Shown: one piece after another, positions 1-9,939 of the stretch
Layout of the letters: each line of letters starts with the position of its first letter
Position numbering within the stretch: position 1 is the first letter of the stretch
Origin: Chlorobiota bacterium
Lineage (GTDB): Bacteria > Bacteroidota > Ignavibacteria > OLB7
NCBI GenBank assembly: GCA_021296135.1
Contig: JAGWAZ010000018.1
Coordinates: forward strand, 31,808 to 95,807
DNA length: 64,000 nt
Direction of reading: 5' to 3'
Made by a program: the position numbers and the translations under genes
Notes under the pieces: generated by a model
Seen by the model: the letters and a program-made list of their open reading frames with translations, nothing else
Told to the model about the DNA's origin: nothing
The model's database searches: none

Positions 1-468
1 TTGCTTGCGATCAAGCTGACGCCAAACGTCACCAGTATCGGAGAGTTCGCTCATGTCTGTGAAGCTGAAGGGGCCGATGCGGTCTCCTGCATAAACACAT
101 TTGTTGGTATGGATATCTTCGTCGACTCGCGTCGACCAAAGATTGCAACGATTACGGGTGGATTCTCGGGCCCAGCCATTCTGCCTATGGCCCTGGCCAA
201 GGTTTACGAGGTACGGAAGGCGGTCAGTATCCCCATTATTGGAATTGGCGGGATTACCACGGCCGAAGATGCTCTCAAGTTCCTGATTGTCGGTGCATCC
301 CTGGTTCAGGTGGGAACAGCGCTCTTTATCGACCCTGGAGCCGGACCAACAATTGCCGAGGGGATTGTAGCTTACATGGAGCGAAATGGAATAACCTCGC
401 TGACCGAGTTGATCGGCTCGCTCGACACATCTCTTCAACCCTCGTTGATTGCTGCAGGGTGGGAGTAA
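1..468 (+). CDS. pyrD: dihydroorotate dehydrogenase catalytic subunit (C-terminal part; 5' end lies outside window)
   Basis: Translation contains GFSGPAILPMALAKVYEV...IGIGGITTAEDALKFLIVGASLVQVGTALF, typical FMN-binding C-terminal region of class 1 DHODH; ORF runs from window edge. Confidence 0.7.
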   Translation: MLAIKLTPNVTSIGEFAHVCEAEGADAVSCINTFVGMDIFVDSRRPKIATITGGFSGPAILPMALAKVYEVRKAVSIPIIGIGGITTAEDALKFLIVGASLVQVGTALFIDPGAGPTIAEGIVAYMERNGITSLTELIGSLDTSLQPSLIAAGWE

Positions 469-569
469 GTCAGGGAGCCGCAGCTCTTTAGCTTGCGGGA
501 AACGAGTTAGGGCAAATGCCAGTGAGCCGACAAACTACTATCGACTGACCACTATCAATTATCTATCCT

Positions 570-1028
570 CTACATCTTGAACGTTGCCATGAAAACGTCC
601 CGATCCCGATCTCCCTGAATTTCTTCTCCCGCCTCCTTTGCCTTTGCTTTGTACTCCTCAGCCTTCTCCTTGTTTCCGGAGGCATCGTATGCTCTGGCAG
701 CAGCGTCATAGATGAGGGCAACGTCCCAGTCTGTTAGTCCCTTTGGGTCGTCCTGCTGTACTCTTATTGTCAGATCAGAGTAGTGTAGAGCAGCCTTCCC
801 GTCCCCTTTCATTGCATAGACATATGTCAGGAGGTTGTATGCGCGAAGAGTGTTGATGGGAGCTCCAACTTCCTTCCAGTGAAGAAAGGCCGCATGGGCA
901 CGATGAATCATTTCCTCTGACTCAGCATCGGATCGATCGGACGTTTCGAGAAAATCCCACGTTGTATTGTTGTACTCGACCGCAAACCAGCGATGAGCCT
1001 GTTGAAGATCAAATGATGGCTCCCTCAT
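570..1028 (-). CDS. hypothetical protein (152 aa, acidic/Lys-rich C-terminus)
   Basis: Clean 152-aa ORF in intergenic-size gap; no recognisable motif. Confidence 0.35.
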   Translation of the reverse strand: MREPSFDLQQAHRWFAVEYNNTTWDFLETSDRSDAESEEMIHRAHAAFLHWKEVGAPINTLRAYNLLTYVYAMKGDGKAALHYSDLTIRVQQDDPKGLTDWDVALIYDAAARAYDASGNKEKAEEYKAKAKEAGEEIQGDRDRDVFMATFKM

Positions 1029-1197
1029 GAATTATCTGAGTTTAATGTAAGAGTCAAAGGGTGCGTAGAGTGCGAGAGTCGAAGAATCAGAAAGTCACGC
1101 CAGACCAGTCTGCTATGCGCCACCAAGATACCGTTCATAGGGTTAGGTCGCAACCCAAAACTCTATGAAGGCTCAACTCTACGAACTCGTCAACCCT

Positions 1198-1788
1198 TTA
1201 TCCCTGTTCGTACGAAAATTTTGGTTGCCAGTCGCCCGGTCCGTTTGGAAGCATGTAGAAGAGATGCCAGAGACTGGAGTAAACATCACCTGGCCCAAAA
1301 AAGTCACGGGCCACGCGCGTGATGGTCCCATCCGCATCTTTTTTAAAGACCGAATATCCCGGGAGCTGATATGCCTCTCCTTCGTAGTCAACTTCGTACC
1401 CCATATCGCGCGAGAATGTGGAGCCCTCGGTCGATGCCATAGAAAACTTCCATCCCCGACTTGTTGAAAACTCCTGTTGAACCTCAGGAGAATTTGGCGA
1501 GACCACAACAAAGGCGGCGCGGTCAGCAAGGTGGTCGATTACACCGTTAAACCCATCAGCCCAAAGCGTACAGTAGGTACAACCCTTTCCCATGTTGTGA
1601 ATCAGGATCAGTTCCCCCTTGTCACCAAAGAGGTCCGAGAGCGCAGCTTCGGCGTTTTCATTTGTTTTGAACGTATAGTTCTCCACCGTTTCTCCTACAG
1701 AGCTCTTTAACAGCTCACGACGCTCATTCATCTTTGCCGTGATTTCGCTCTCAATCTGGGCAAGTTGTTCTTTGAGTTTTTCAGTCAT
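1198..1788 (-). CDS. DUF899 thioredoxin-like family protein
   Basis: Motif LILIHNMGKGCTYCTLWADGFNG and overall length ~196 aa match DUF899 family. Confidence 0.6.
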   Translation of the reverse strand: MTEKLKEQLAQIESEITAKMNERRELLKSSVGETVENYTFKTNENAEAALSDLFGDKGELILIHNMGKGCTYCTLWADGFNGVIDHLADRAAFVVVSPNSPEVQQEFSTSRGWKFSMASTEGSTFSRDMGYEVDYEGEAYQLPGYSVFKKDADGTITRVARDFFGPGDVYSSLWHLFYMLPNGPGDWQPKFSYEQG

Positions 1789-1934
1789 GATTGGTTAGAT
1801 AGTAGTTAGTAGATAACAGACGTCAGACGTTATGCTGCGAAGGCTGATTATGACAAGCCCTCCGAAAGAAGATAAGCCGGATATACGTTGGGTGCGGACG
1901 CGCAATATCGGTCTCCAATGAACTGTGCCTTACG

Positions 1935-2378
1935 TTAAAACTGGTCCACAAGAATCGTATTCCCATCGGGATCTTTCAGGATCATATGTGCAGGGCCTTC
2001 GGTAGTCCCATCCGCTTCGGTAATAATCTCAACCCCTTTCTGTTTGAGAGATTTCTGAATCGATCGTACATCTTCAGGGTTAAACGTGAGAATGTTCTCT
2101 TCAAACATTCCCTGAAACAGGCCAATAATTGCCTTCCCATTCTTCAAAATCACCCAGTTCTGTTTGATTTCGCCACCAATAACTTCAAATCCAAGATTTT
2201 TATAAAAGCTGATAGAGGCGTTAATGTCTGATACGGCGAGACTGATGGAGAACGTTCCAAGGTTCATAGCAGATGTTTCGGTCTCTGGTTGATCAAGATT
2301 CTCCTGTGCGACAACGTTGTCATGAAGGAGCGTAAAGAAGAAAAATACACAGATTATGCGTAACAAAATAATAAACAT
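1935..2378 (-). CDS. VOC (glyoxalase/bleomycin resistance/dioxygenase fold) family protein, secreted (signal peptide)
   Basis: N-terminal hydrophobic signal [18 protein letters not shown]...AQ; core [24 protein letters not shown]...DPDGNTILV typical VOC βαβββ module. Confidence 0.55.
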   Translation of the reverse strand: MFIILLRIICVFFFFTLLHDNVVAQENLDQPETETSAMNLGTFSISLAVSDINASISFYKNLGFEVIGGEIKQNWVILKNGKAIIGLFQGMFEENILTFNPEDVRSIQKSLKQKGVEIITEADGTTEGPAHMILKDPDGNTILVDQF

Positions 2379-2508
2379 AGCAGTGGCTTTGAAGTTGATG
2401 ACGAAATCGTTGATGTAAGCCGTTACTCACCAGCAGTCGCTATGGATTGACCAGCCTTGAACGACTATATTTTAGCCCATGAAATTCCTGAACTGACGCT
2501 CAGAAGGT

Positions 2509-2919
2509 TCAGGTTGTCTTGTGTTCTTCTATTAATGTTGCCAGCCACCATCTATTGTCAAACTGATCTTTAACTCCCGCCGCACGAACACCATATTCTT
2601 CATCGTGAGGCTCATATATTGAAGATGCTCCGGCTACAAGGGCTTGCTCATATCGTTTGTCGGTATCTTCATCGTAGATATAGAGCGTGGTAGGGCTGGG
2701 TCGATACTCGGAAGTAGCATCTGCCAACATGATCGTACTGTCGCCAATCACAACCTCGGCATGCATTATCTCGTTTTCAGATTCTGATCGTAGAACCTGG
2801 AATCGTTCCTCGGCATCAAAGACCTGCTTCATAAAGTTGATAAACTTCTCTGCTCCCTCAACAATCAGGTAGGGCATAACTGTTTGATGGCCTTCAGCAC
2901 TGTTTAATTCTGACTTCAT
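2509..2919 (-). CDS. VOC family protein (PhnB-like)
   Basis: PYLIVEGAEKFINFMKQVFDAEE...HAEVVIGDSTIMLAD...DQFDNRWWLA pattern typical of PhnB/COG2764 VOC proteins. Confidence 0.6.
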   Translation of the reverse strand: MKSELNSAEGHQTVMPYLIVEGAEKFINFMKQVFDAEERFQVLRSESENEIMHAEVVIGDSTIMLADATSEYRPSPTTLYIYDEDTDKRYEQALVAGASSIYEPHDEEYGVRAAGVKDQFDNRWWLATLIEEHKTT

Positions 2920-2967
2920 AGTTGCTTCACTTAGGCTGATACAAAATTATTTTATGTCGTTAAGCCA

Positions 2968-3420
2968 TTAATCATTCTTGGATTCTCTCTCAGCAAAATC
3001 CCTGAACTGATCCAACCATTTTTGAGTCTGTTTCCTAAACATTCCGGGCATGAAGAGAGCCATCATTTTCGGCACGAATCCGACAAACTTTGTGTATTCA
3101 AGCTCTGCATCATATCGAGTTTTGTTCGGTCCAAGAGGGGTAAAACTATTCTTGATCGTGTTGACCATATGTTTGTGCTCATAGGTTCCGCTAAACTCCT
3201 GAGGCAAGTTTTTAACCGTGATGGTTTCAATCAGCTCCATCTCACGCTTTCCTGCTTTATAGATCAACCTTGCTTTTGCTCCCGGCTCTCCAGGCGTTCC
3301 ACTCAGATGCTCGTAGCTGACAAAGCCGTCTTGCCATTCCTTCATGTTTTCAACGCTATCAAACAACCTGACGACATCGTCTACCGGCTTTTCGATTTCT
3401 ACTGTACAAGTAAATTTCAT
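2968..3420 (-). CDS. SRPBCC family protein (polyketide cyclase/AHSA1-like fold)
   Basis: 150 aa, MKFTCTVEIEKPVDDVVRLFDSVENMKEWQDGF typical SRPBCC N-terminus. Confidence 0.55.
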   Translation of the reverse strand: MKFTCTVEIEKPVDDVVRLFDSVENMKEWQDGFVSYEHLSGTPGEPGAKARLIYKAGKREMELIETITVKNLPQEFSGTYEHKHMVNTIKNSFTPLGPNKTRYDAELEYTKFVGFVPKMMALFMPGMFRKQTQKWLDQFRDFAERESKND

Positions 3421-3531
3421 TTTCAGATTAATGCGTTTTAGAGTCTTGGTTACCTACTTGGACCTCTGTCAGGTCTGGAGATTCTCTGTTCTTTCCTTCG
3501 GGTTCAAAGTGTTTGACTGAGCTTTAATCTA

Positions 3532-3906
3532 TCAGTCGCTTACCAGCGCTAGCACCGCCCCTCCCGGATCGCGAATCGCACAGAACTTGCTACCACCCAT
3601 CATGCGTGGTCCGTCCAGCACCTCACCGCCATGCTCGCGGCACTTTGCAGCACTCTTCTCTACATCCTTGACATTGATGTATATCAGCCATTGCGCCGGA
3701 AGATTTGCGTTTGGACCTTTTGCGTGACAGATGCCGGCAATGGTCTTGCCATCATCTCCCTGCATGTCGTAATCGTGATACTCACCCATATCGTGCGGCG
3801 ATGCTTTCCAGCCGATGACTTCCGTATAAAACCTGCTGACTTCTTCAGCATTCTCTACGGTCAGATCCTGCCAGAGAATTGTTCCGAAAGATGTTGAAGT
3901 GCTCAT
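3532..3906 (-). CDS. VOC family protein
   Basis: 124 aa; ILWQDLTVENAEEVSRFYTEVIGW...CAIRDPGGAVLAL. Confidence 0.6.
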   Translation of the reverse strand: MSTSTSFGTILWQDLTVENAEEVSRFYTEVIGWKASPHDMGEYHDYDMQGDDGKTIAGICHAKGPNANLPAQWLIYINVKDVEKSAAKCREHGGEVLDGPRMMGGSKFCAIRDPGGAVLALVSD

Positions 3907-3949
3907 GCCCTGGAAGTCGTTAATATCATGTGAATGGTTTTGCTACCGG

Positions 3950-4351
3950 TTACTCCGCTCCGAACGCTTCAAGGACATTTCCTGCCGGATCATAAAACTG
4001 GAACCAGTAGTGTCCTTCTCCTACTTTAACGGGGGCTGTATCAATGATCGTCACTCCCGCATCTTTCAGCTTGGCAAAGAACTCTGAGGTTGAAGCGACA
4101 GTCAGTGTAAACGTTGAGCGTACGGTCGATACGTCTGTCTGTCTAACCTCATGACCGCCCTGAAGGTAAAGGCCGTGTTCATCACCAATGCCAAAAAAGC
4201 AGGCCTGATCTCCCATATTATATTTCTTTTCAAGTCCGAGGAGATTAGTATAGAAGTCGTAGGCTTTGTCGAAGTCATCGACATAGGCCGAGACAAAGGC
4301 CAGACCAGTGATTAAAGCTTGATCCGTGTCTGTCGTTTGATGCTGTTTCAT
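3950..4351 (-). CDS. VOC family protein
   Basis: 133 aa; LAFVSAYVDDFDKAYDFYTNLLGLE...FYDPAGNVLEAF. Confidence 0.6.
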   Translation of the reverse strand: MKQHQTTDTDQALITGLAFVSAYVDDFDKAYDFYTNLLGLEKKYNMGDQACFFGIGDEHGLYLQGGHEVRQTDVSTVRSTFTLTVASTSEFFAKLKDAGVTIIDTAPVKVGEGHYWFQFYDPAGNVLEAFGAE

Positions 4352-4371
4352 AGTTCTTTGTGGTTGATCTT

Positions 4372-4746
4372 TTATCCACGTGAATGAAGCGCCAGTCGAT
4401 TTCCCTCAGAATCGAGGAACTGGGCAGAGCATCCAATCTCCTCCGAAATCAGTTCTTTCCGGCTGAGGATTTTTCCACCGGCTGGCTCTACACAATCAAG
4501 AATCGGTTGAAGATCTTCACCGGCATTCAAGTAGATAAGCACTCCATTTTCGGAGGGAATTGCGCCAGTATGTTCTTTAATTCCGCCACTAACTGAACTC
4601 TCATGATCGAAGAACGCATATTTGGTCTCTGGTGAGCCAAAATGATGCAGTTTCGTTTCGAGAATTGTCTCATAGAACTTCACGGCACGATCGAAGTCTC
4701 TGGCTGGGATTTCGAACCAGGTAATTACATCAGGCTTTTCGTTCAT
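4372..4746 (-). CDS. VOC family protein
   Basis: 124 aa; ITWFEIPARDFDRAVKFYETIL...FLDSEGNRLALHS. Confidence 0.6.
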   Translation of the reverse strand: MNEKPDVITWFEIPARDFDRAVKFYETILETKLHHFGSPETKYAFFDHESSVSGGIKEHTGAIPSENGVLIYLNAGEDLQPILDCVEPAGGKILSRKELISEEIGCSAQFLDSEGNRLALHSRG

Positions 4747-5007
4747 GGTAGCACAAAATAAAAGAAGTGGCTAAGGCTAATGTTCAAAAGGCTATCTCGG
4801 TAACTATTCAGGCTGCATAATACAGAAGATCTTTTCCATCCGAAAACATTCTTGTAGAAGGCTGCTGCACGATCGGGATCTTCTGCGGTAAACTCAGAGT
4901 ATACTACGCGTGGCATAATTGGTTTGTGGTTGATTAACGATGCAATCTATTGGATAAAACGGGAGCGAAGCCTGGATGCTACGCTCCCGGATGTCTCTGT
5001 AATGAAA

Positions 5008-5373
5008 TTATGAGACAGATGCATCTGCCTGCATGATGCCGAACATGTTTCCTTCAGGGTCGTTAGCATACGCGGTCCATCCTACACCAGGAATTGGCAT
5101 CTTAGGAATTATAATTGTGCCCCCCGCTGACTCGATTTTGGCGACAAAATCATCTACTGAATCAACATCAATGATATTGACAACTGAAGGAAAACCTTCC
5201 TGCTTCCTTGCGACACCACCGTTAATGCCCACCCCTTCTTCACCGGTCTTTACAAGCCAGTAGTCCATCGGTCCATCCCATTTGTGGGATTCCCATCCAA
5301 AGACGTTGTTATAGAATGACAAAAGATCGTCAGGTTTGTCAGCCATGATTTCAAAGTGAACGATTCTTGACAT
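5008..5373 (-). CDS. VOC family protein
   Basis: 121 aa; IVHFEIMADKPDDLLSFYNNVFGWE...ANDPEGNMFGIMQ. Confidence 0.6.
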   Translation of the reverse strand: MSRIVHFEIMADKPDDLLSFYNNVFGWESHKWDGPMDYWLVKTGEEGVGINGGVARKQEGFPSVVNIIDVDSVDDFVAKIESAGGTIIIPKMPIPGVGWTAYANDPEGNMFGIMQADASVS

Positions 5374-5454
5374 GAGATACCTCCTTTCGCGATAGTTGAT
5401 TGATAGTATAGATTGATAGTATAGAATGAAAATAATGTCGGATTGTTTATGGTG

Positions 5455-5841
5455 CTACTCTATCCCGGATGTTTTGCATAACCGCAGTTGTTGAGAAGGG
5501 GATCCAGCAATTCGTTCTATAATTCCGCGAGTCTCCATATCGGGCTTGACAGTAGCGATGTACAAGGAAACCGAGCCCTTGAAAGGTGTTGTGAGCCTCT
5601 TTTCCACGGCAGCCGGCAGGTTCTTGAACTCAATCTCATCCTCTTCCGAAAGAACGTCAAGAATGGCTTGCTCGATCTGATGATACTTCTCCCTATTTAT
5701 GTTCACTCCCTCCTTGTTCGGTGTAGGTGTTTGCGCCTTGATCGACTGGGACGTTGAAGGTCGTCTGAGTACTAATTTTTGCCATAACTGAACCGAATCG
5801 AAATTGAATGTTCTACTCCGCTTCAACCTCCTGTGTTTCAC
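5455..5841 (-). CDS. hypothetical protein (start uncertain; overlaps downstream VOC gene start by 29 nt as drawn)
   Basis: 128-aa ORF, basic N-terminus; no motif recognised. Confidence 0.3.
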   Translation of the reverse strand: MKHRRLKRSRTFNFDSVQLWQKLVLRRPSTSQSIKAQTPTPNKEGVNINREKYHQIEQAILDVLSEEDEIEFKNLPAAVEKRLTTPFKGSVSLYIATVKPDMETRGIIERIAGSPSQQLRLCKTSGIE

Positions 5842-6247
5842 ACTTGACCATCCATTTCATACCGAATTTGTCCGTCAGCATTCCGAATGTTGCACCCCAG
5901 AATGCAGGCTCAAACGGCATGGTTATCCTCCCACCTTCTGCAAGCTTTGAAAAGAATCTCTCCGCTTCCTTCAAATCACGTGAAGCTATTGAAATAGAGA
6001 CTGCGCTCCCCTGTTCGGCAGGGTGCCCGGGCATGGTATCCGAAGCCATAATGATTGCATCACCGAACTGGAGTGAAGCATACATGATTTTATCCTTGTG
6101 CTCATCCGGTATTTCCATTGGTCCATCTCCAAAAGCCTTAACGAACAATTCACCACCAAGCGCTTCGTGATAGAAGGTCATTGCCTCCTTACAGTTGCCG
6201 TTAAAGGCGAGGTACGGATTCACCGTCGGTTTTGCTGAGTTCTCCAT
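5813..6247 (-). CDS. VOC family protein (PhnB-like)
   Basis: 144 aa; NPYLAFNGNCKEAMTFYHEALGGEL...ASLQFGDAIIMASD...FGMKWMV. Confidence 0.6.
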   Translation of the reverse strand: MENSAKPTVNPYLAFNGNCKEAMTFYHEALGGELFVKAFGDGPMEIPDEHKDKIMYASLQFGDAIIMASDTMPGHPAEQGSAVSISIASRDLKEAERFFSKLAEGGRITMPFEPAFWGATFGMLTDKFGMKWMVKCETQEVEAE

Positions 6248-6343
6248 GATTGGCTCCTGATTAATTGAGATATAACGTTGAGTAGTTTCGATACGAACAT
6301 CGTTGTCGATGTTGTCGATCTGTATATCAATTCCCTTCCCTCC

Positions 6344-9300
6344 TTATCTCTCTCCAAACATCTTCTCATCGATAAGCAGGGCATCTTTCCCTTTCTTCGT
6401 GCCGTTGTAGAACGTGATTGACTTCATGTCGGGTGTAGCTAATAGAATGCGAGAAGATTGTGAGAGATAACCGGAACCGACCGGGAATTCATGGCGACGG
6501 AGCTTCCCATCCTTGAACTCGATAACGGCATGCGTGTAGTGTTCATTTGGCTTCAGGCTGAGGATACGTCCATCGAAAGGACCATACTGGTGCTCGAAGA
6601 CCTGGGTTTTTGCATTGTTGTTCACCGCAATGAGATAAACAGTGCTATCTGAGTTGATGTCTACGAGCGCCAGGCTCCTTCCGTCCTGCGGAGCGAAAAA
6701 ACCGCTCTCTGTAACCGGGACAGCCGTAAATCCGCCGCGTCGGTTCCCTGCAAGATAGAGTCCAAACCCGGCATCATAACGGATAACTTCTCTGTCGGGA
6801 CCGTGAAAGTTCTCCAGCGCTAACACATCAAGGTTTCCATCGGCGTTGAAATCAAAGATAGTTGTTCCGAAGATAGGAGAAGCCTGGGCAAGAATCGGAA
6901 GGGGATGGAGCCGCATCGTTCCATCTCCAAGGTTTTCGATATAGGCACTGTACATCGTTGTTGCGTATCGCTGTTCGGCAGTTGCAAGAAGAGTCGGGTC
7001 AAAGACCTGATCGACAGTGGCAAGCGAGAATGGAACGTAGTCGACCCAATTCTTTTTGATATATGTGCCCATCTGAGTAGCAAGCGCATCCCTGTTGCGT
7101 GCCGGATACTCTTTCCCTTGAAAGTAGTACGTCATAACAAGATCACGACTTGAGTTGCGGTCGAAATCGTTGGCGTACAGCCTGATAGGATACTCCCGTG
7201 TCGGCTGGTATGTCTGACGCGTGTTCAGTCCGATGTTCCCAGCGATGTAATCCATGTCGCCGTCATTGTCGAAGTCACCGGCACTCAAGCTTTGCCACCA
7301 GCCGTTGATTGAATCGAGACCTGTTTCCGAGGTAACGTCAATCAGCTTTTTCCCCTTATCGTTACGAAAGAAATGGATGCCCATCCACTCACCGGTCAGG
7401 ATAAGATCTGGACGGTTGTCGTTATCGAAATCCGACCAGATAGCGGAAGTAACCATACCGGGTGAGACAAGTCCCGGCGCTACTTCCTCAGTAACATCGG
7501 TGAACATTCCTTTCTTGTTCGCAAGAAGGTAGCTGCGGGAAACATCAGGGTATTCACCTGGCGTACAACGTCCGGCGACAAAGAGATCGAGATCACCGTC
7601 ACCGTTATAGTCGCAGGCCACAACGCTCGATGTGCTTGAATACATTTCAGGAAGGCTATGCTCCGAGAGAGTGAAGAGCCCCGTCCCATCGTTCAGATAA
7701 AGGCGATCCTGCAGCAGACTGTCTCCCGGCTCGGTTTCGTTCCCTCCGCTTGCAACGTACAGGTCAAGGTCACCATCTCGATCAGCATCAAAGAAAATGC
7801 TTCCCATATCCTCCGAAGAGCGATCTGCGCTAAAGGCCTCAGCCTGGGGTGATAAAGCGAACAAACCCGGGGAGGTCTGCAGGTAAAGCTGTCCTGAGGA
7901 TTCCTTTGCTCCGCCAATCCAAACATCGTCAAGATCATTCCCGTCCACATCTCCAATCGCCAGGCCAGGCCCATTCCGCGAAAGAGCGTTCGGGAGAAGA
8001 CGCTCACGGTTAAAATCATCAAACCGGTTCTCCAAGTGCGCAAAGTCAATTCCAGTCTCCTCGAGTTCGGTAAACGTCTTTTTAGCGGTCGATTCTAACG
8101 GAGCAGCGCGAAGCGAAGCGATGTCGATACCATCGCTGGCATCCTTTTGCTCGAGGGTAACTACTCGGTTAGCCTCAATATGTTCAAGAACCTGAGCCGA
8201 TCCGTTGGGCCATGTCACCAGAAGTCTGTCGATTATCGACACATCTCCCAGTCCAAAATGGAGCTTGTTCTCAGTAGAAGAGAGATAACCACGAACCGGG
8301 TAGTGCTCCCGAATCTGTTGGTTTTCTCCGTACTGAATCTGCACGCGCGCGCCTATACCGAATCTGTTCATTCCCGTTCCTTTCAGATCTACCTGGAGCC
8401 AGTTCCCCTTGTTCAGTTCGCTGGCGTTGTTGCGATAGATCATTGCCACGGCGCTTGCCGCAGAGTCAGGACCGATATTGTTGACAATCAGATCGAGATC
8501 TCCATCATTATCGAGATCAGCGTATATAGCGCCGTTCGAGTTGACGTAATCGCCAAGGCCCCACTCTTTGCTGACTTTCTTGAACGTCAGATCGCCGTTG
8601 TTCTGGTAGGCATGGTTGTCGAGTTTGATTGAAGGGACCCGGAGAAGCACGCTGAGTGGGGCGTTGCGTGGGACCATTTTGATGACATCCCGATTGGCGA
8701 CATCCCGCATATAGCCGTTGGTGATGAAGAGGTCCTGATAACCGTCCAGGTCGTAATCGCCAAAGAGTACAGACCAACTCCAGTCGGTCTCGTCAACACC
8801 GGCAAGCTGGGCGACATCACTGAACATTCCGTTGCCACGGTTCAGATGAAGGTTGTTGCGCATCATCTGCGTTGAGTCAAAGAGTGGACTGAAAGAGTTT
8901 TGGCTCCCCATATGCGACATCTTTCGCCAATGGCTCTCGGGTAGCATATCGGCTGCCATAATATCGAGCAGCCCATCGTTGTTGAAATCCCCGATGTCCG
9001 ATCCCATACCAAACTCGGTTGTATGTTTCATCACATCCTTTGTTGCCTCACGAAACGTTCCATCTCCGTTGTTGTAGTAGAGCACGTCGCGCCAGACAAA
9101 GTCGTTGGTGATGTATATATCGGGATAACCATCATTGTTGACGTCGCCAACCGTCACGCTAAGGGCATAGCCCTCGTCGTGAATACCTGCCTCCTCAGTG
9201 ACATCGGTAAAGGTCCCATCACCATTATTACGGAAGAAATAGTCACTTATTCCCTTATTTGTATAGTCATTACCTGTTGCCACACCATTTACACCGATGT

Positions 9301-9859
9301 AGGCATCAAGATCTCCATCAAGATCGTAGTCCAGAAATGCCGTTTGTGTGCTACTACAGCAGTAATCGAGGCCATACTCTTTCCCACGTTCAGTAAACGT
9401 TCCATTCTTGTTGTTGATATAGAGAAGATTGGGATGATGTTGTTTGTTGACGTAAATGTCGAGCCACCCGTCACCGTTGATATCGATCATGGAAATGCCA
9501 TAACGAACGCCAACCGAATCGTCGACGCCTGCCTTTGCCGATACCTCCTCGAACTTCATGTTCCCCTTATTGATGTAGAGGCGATTTGGAGAATGTGCCT
9601 GGGTTCCGGAGAAATAGAGATCGATCAATCCGTCCTTGTTTATATCACCTGCGGCCACACCGCCACCGTTATAGGCATAGATAAAGACATTGATATTGAA
9701 CTCAGGTGTTTCCTGAACGTAGTTGGAGAAATCAATACCGGTCTCTTCAGGAGTGAGCCGAGTGAAGAGGGGTGGTTCACCCCCTTCCTGTGCAAGCATT
9801 AAAGTCGGCACACAGCCAAGTGAAAGGAGAAAACATATAGTAGCAATGATTTGCTTCAT
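6344..9859 (-). CDS. CRTAC1/VCBS (FG-GAP-like) repeat family protein, secreted, ~1170 aa
   Basis: Repeated DxNxDGxxDLxx motifs (DINGDGWLDIYV, DLDGDLDAYIG, DVNNDGYPDIYI, DFNNDGLLD, DLDNDGDLDL...) plus ASPIC/UnbV-like regions. Start set at internal Met (MKQIIATICFLLSLGCVPTLMLAQ signal peptide) rather than track start 9943. Confidence 0.7.
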   Translation of the reverse strand: MKQIIATICFLLSLGCVPTLMLAQEGGEPPLFTRLTPEETGIDFSNYVQETPEFNINVFIYAYNGGGVAAGDINKDGLIDLYFSGTQAHSPNRLYINKGNMKFEEVSAKAGVDDSVGVRYGISMIDINGDGWLDIYVNKQHHPNLLYINNKNGTFTERGKEYGLDYCCSSTQTAFLDYDLDGDLDAYIGVNGVATGNDYTNKGISDYFFRNNGDGTFTDVTEEAGIHDEGYALSVTVGDVNNDGYPDIYITNDFVWRDVLYYNNGDGTFREATKDVMKHTTEFGMGSDIGDFNNDGLLDIMAADMLPESHWRKMSHMGSQNSFSPLFDSTQMMRNNLHLNRGNGMFSDVAQLAGVDETDWSWSVLFGDYDLDGYQDLFITNGYMRDVANRDVIKMVPRNAPLSVLLRVPSIKLDNHAYQNNGDLTFKKVSKEWGLGDYVNSNGAIYADLDNDGDLDLIVNNIGPDSAASAVAMIYRNNASELNKGNWLQVDLKGTGMNRFGIGARVQIQYGENQQIREHYPVRGYLSSTENKLHFGLGDVSIIDRLLVTWPNGSAQVLEHIEANRVVTLEQKDASDGIDIASLRAAPLESTAKKTFTELEETGIDFAHLENRFDDFNRERLLPNALSRNGPGLAIGDVDGNDLDDVWIGGAKESSGQLYLQTSPGLFALSPQAEAFSADRSSEDMGSIFFDADRDGDLDLYVASGGNETEPGDSLLQDRLYLNDGTGLFTLSEHSLPEMYSSTSSVVACDYNGDGDLDLFVAGRCTPGEYPDVSRSYLLANKKGMFTDVTEEVAPGLVSPGMVTSAIWSDFDNDNRPDLILTGEWMGIHFFRNDKGKKLIDVTSETGLDSINGWWQSLSAGDFDNDGDMDYIAGNIGLNTRQTYQPTREYPIRLYANDFDRNSSRDLVMTYYFQGKEYPARNRDALATQMGTYIKKNWVDYVPFSLATVDQVFDPTLLATAEQRYATTMYSAYIENLGDGTMRLHPLPILAQASPIFGTTIFDFNADGNLDVLALENFHGPDREVIRYDAGFGLYLAGNRRGGFTAVPVTESGFFAPQDGRSLALVDINSDSTVYLIAVNNNAKTQVFEHQYGPFDGRILSLKPNEHYTHAVIEFKDGKLRRHEFPVGSGYLSQSSRILLATPDMKSITFYNGTKKGKDALLIDEKMFGER

Positions 9860-9939
9860 AACTATGGTTGTTGATATCTGTGTAATTTGTTCTGATTGCA
9901 AATCTACAAAGTCTCCCTCGTATGATACATAAGTCTTTT

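Noticed and set aside
9023-9802. 259-aa + strand ORF
   Set aside because: Lies entirely antisense within the CRTAC1/VCBS gene; composition (Ile/Val-rich mirror of Asp/Asn codons) typical of a shadow ORF
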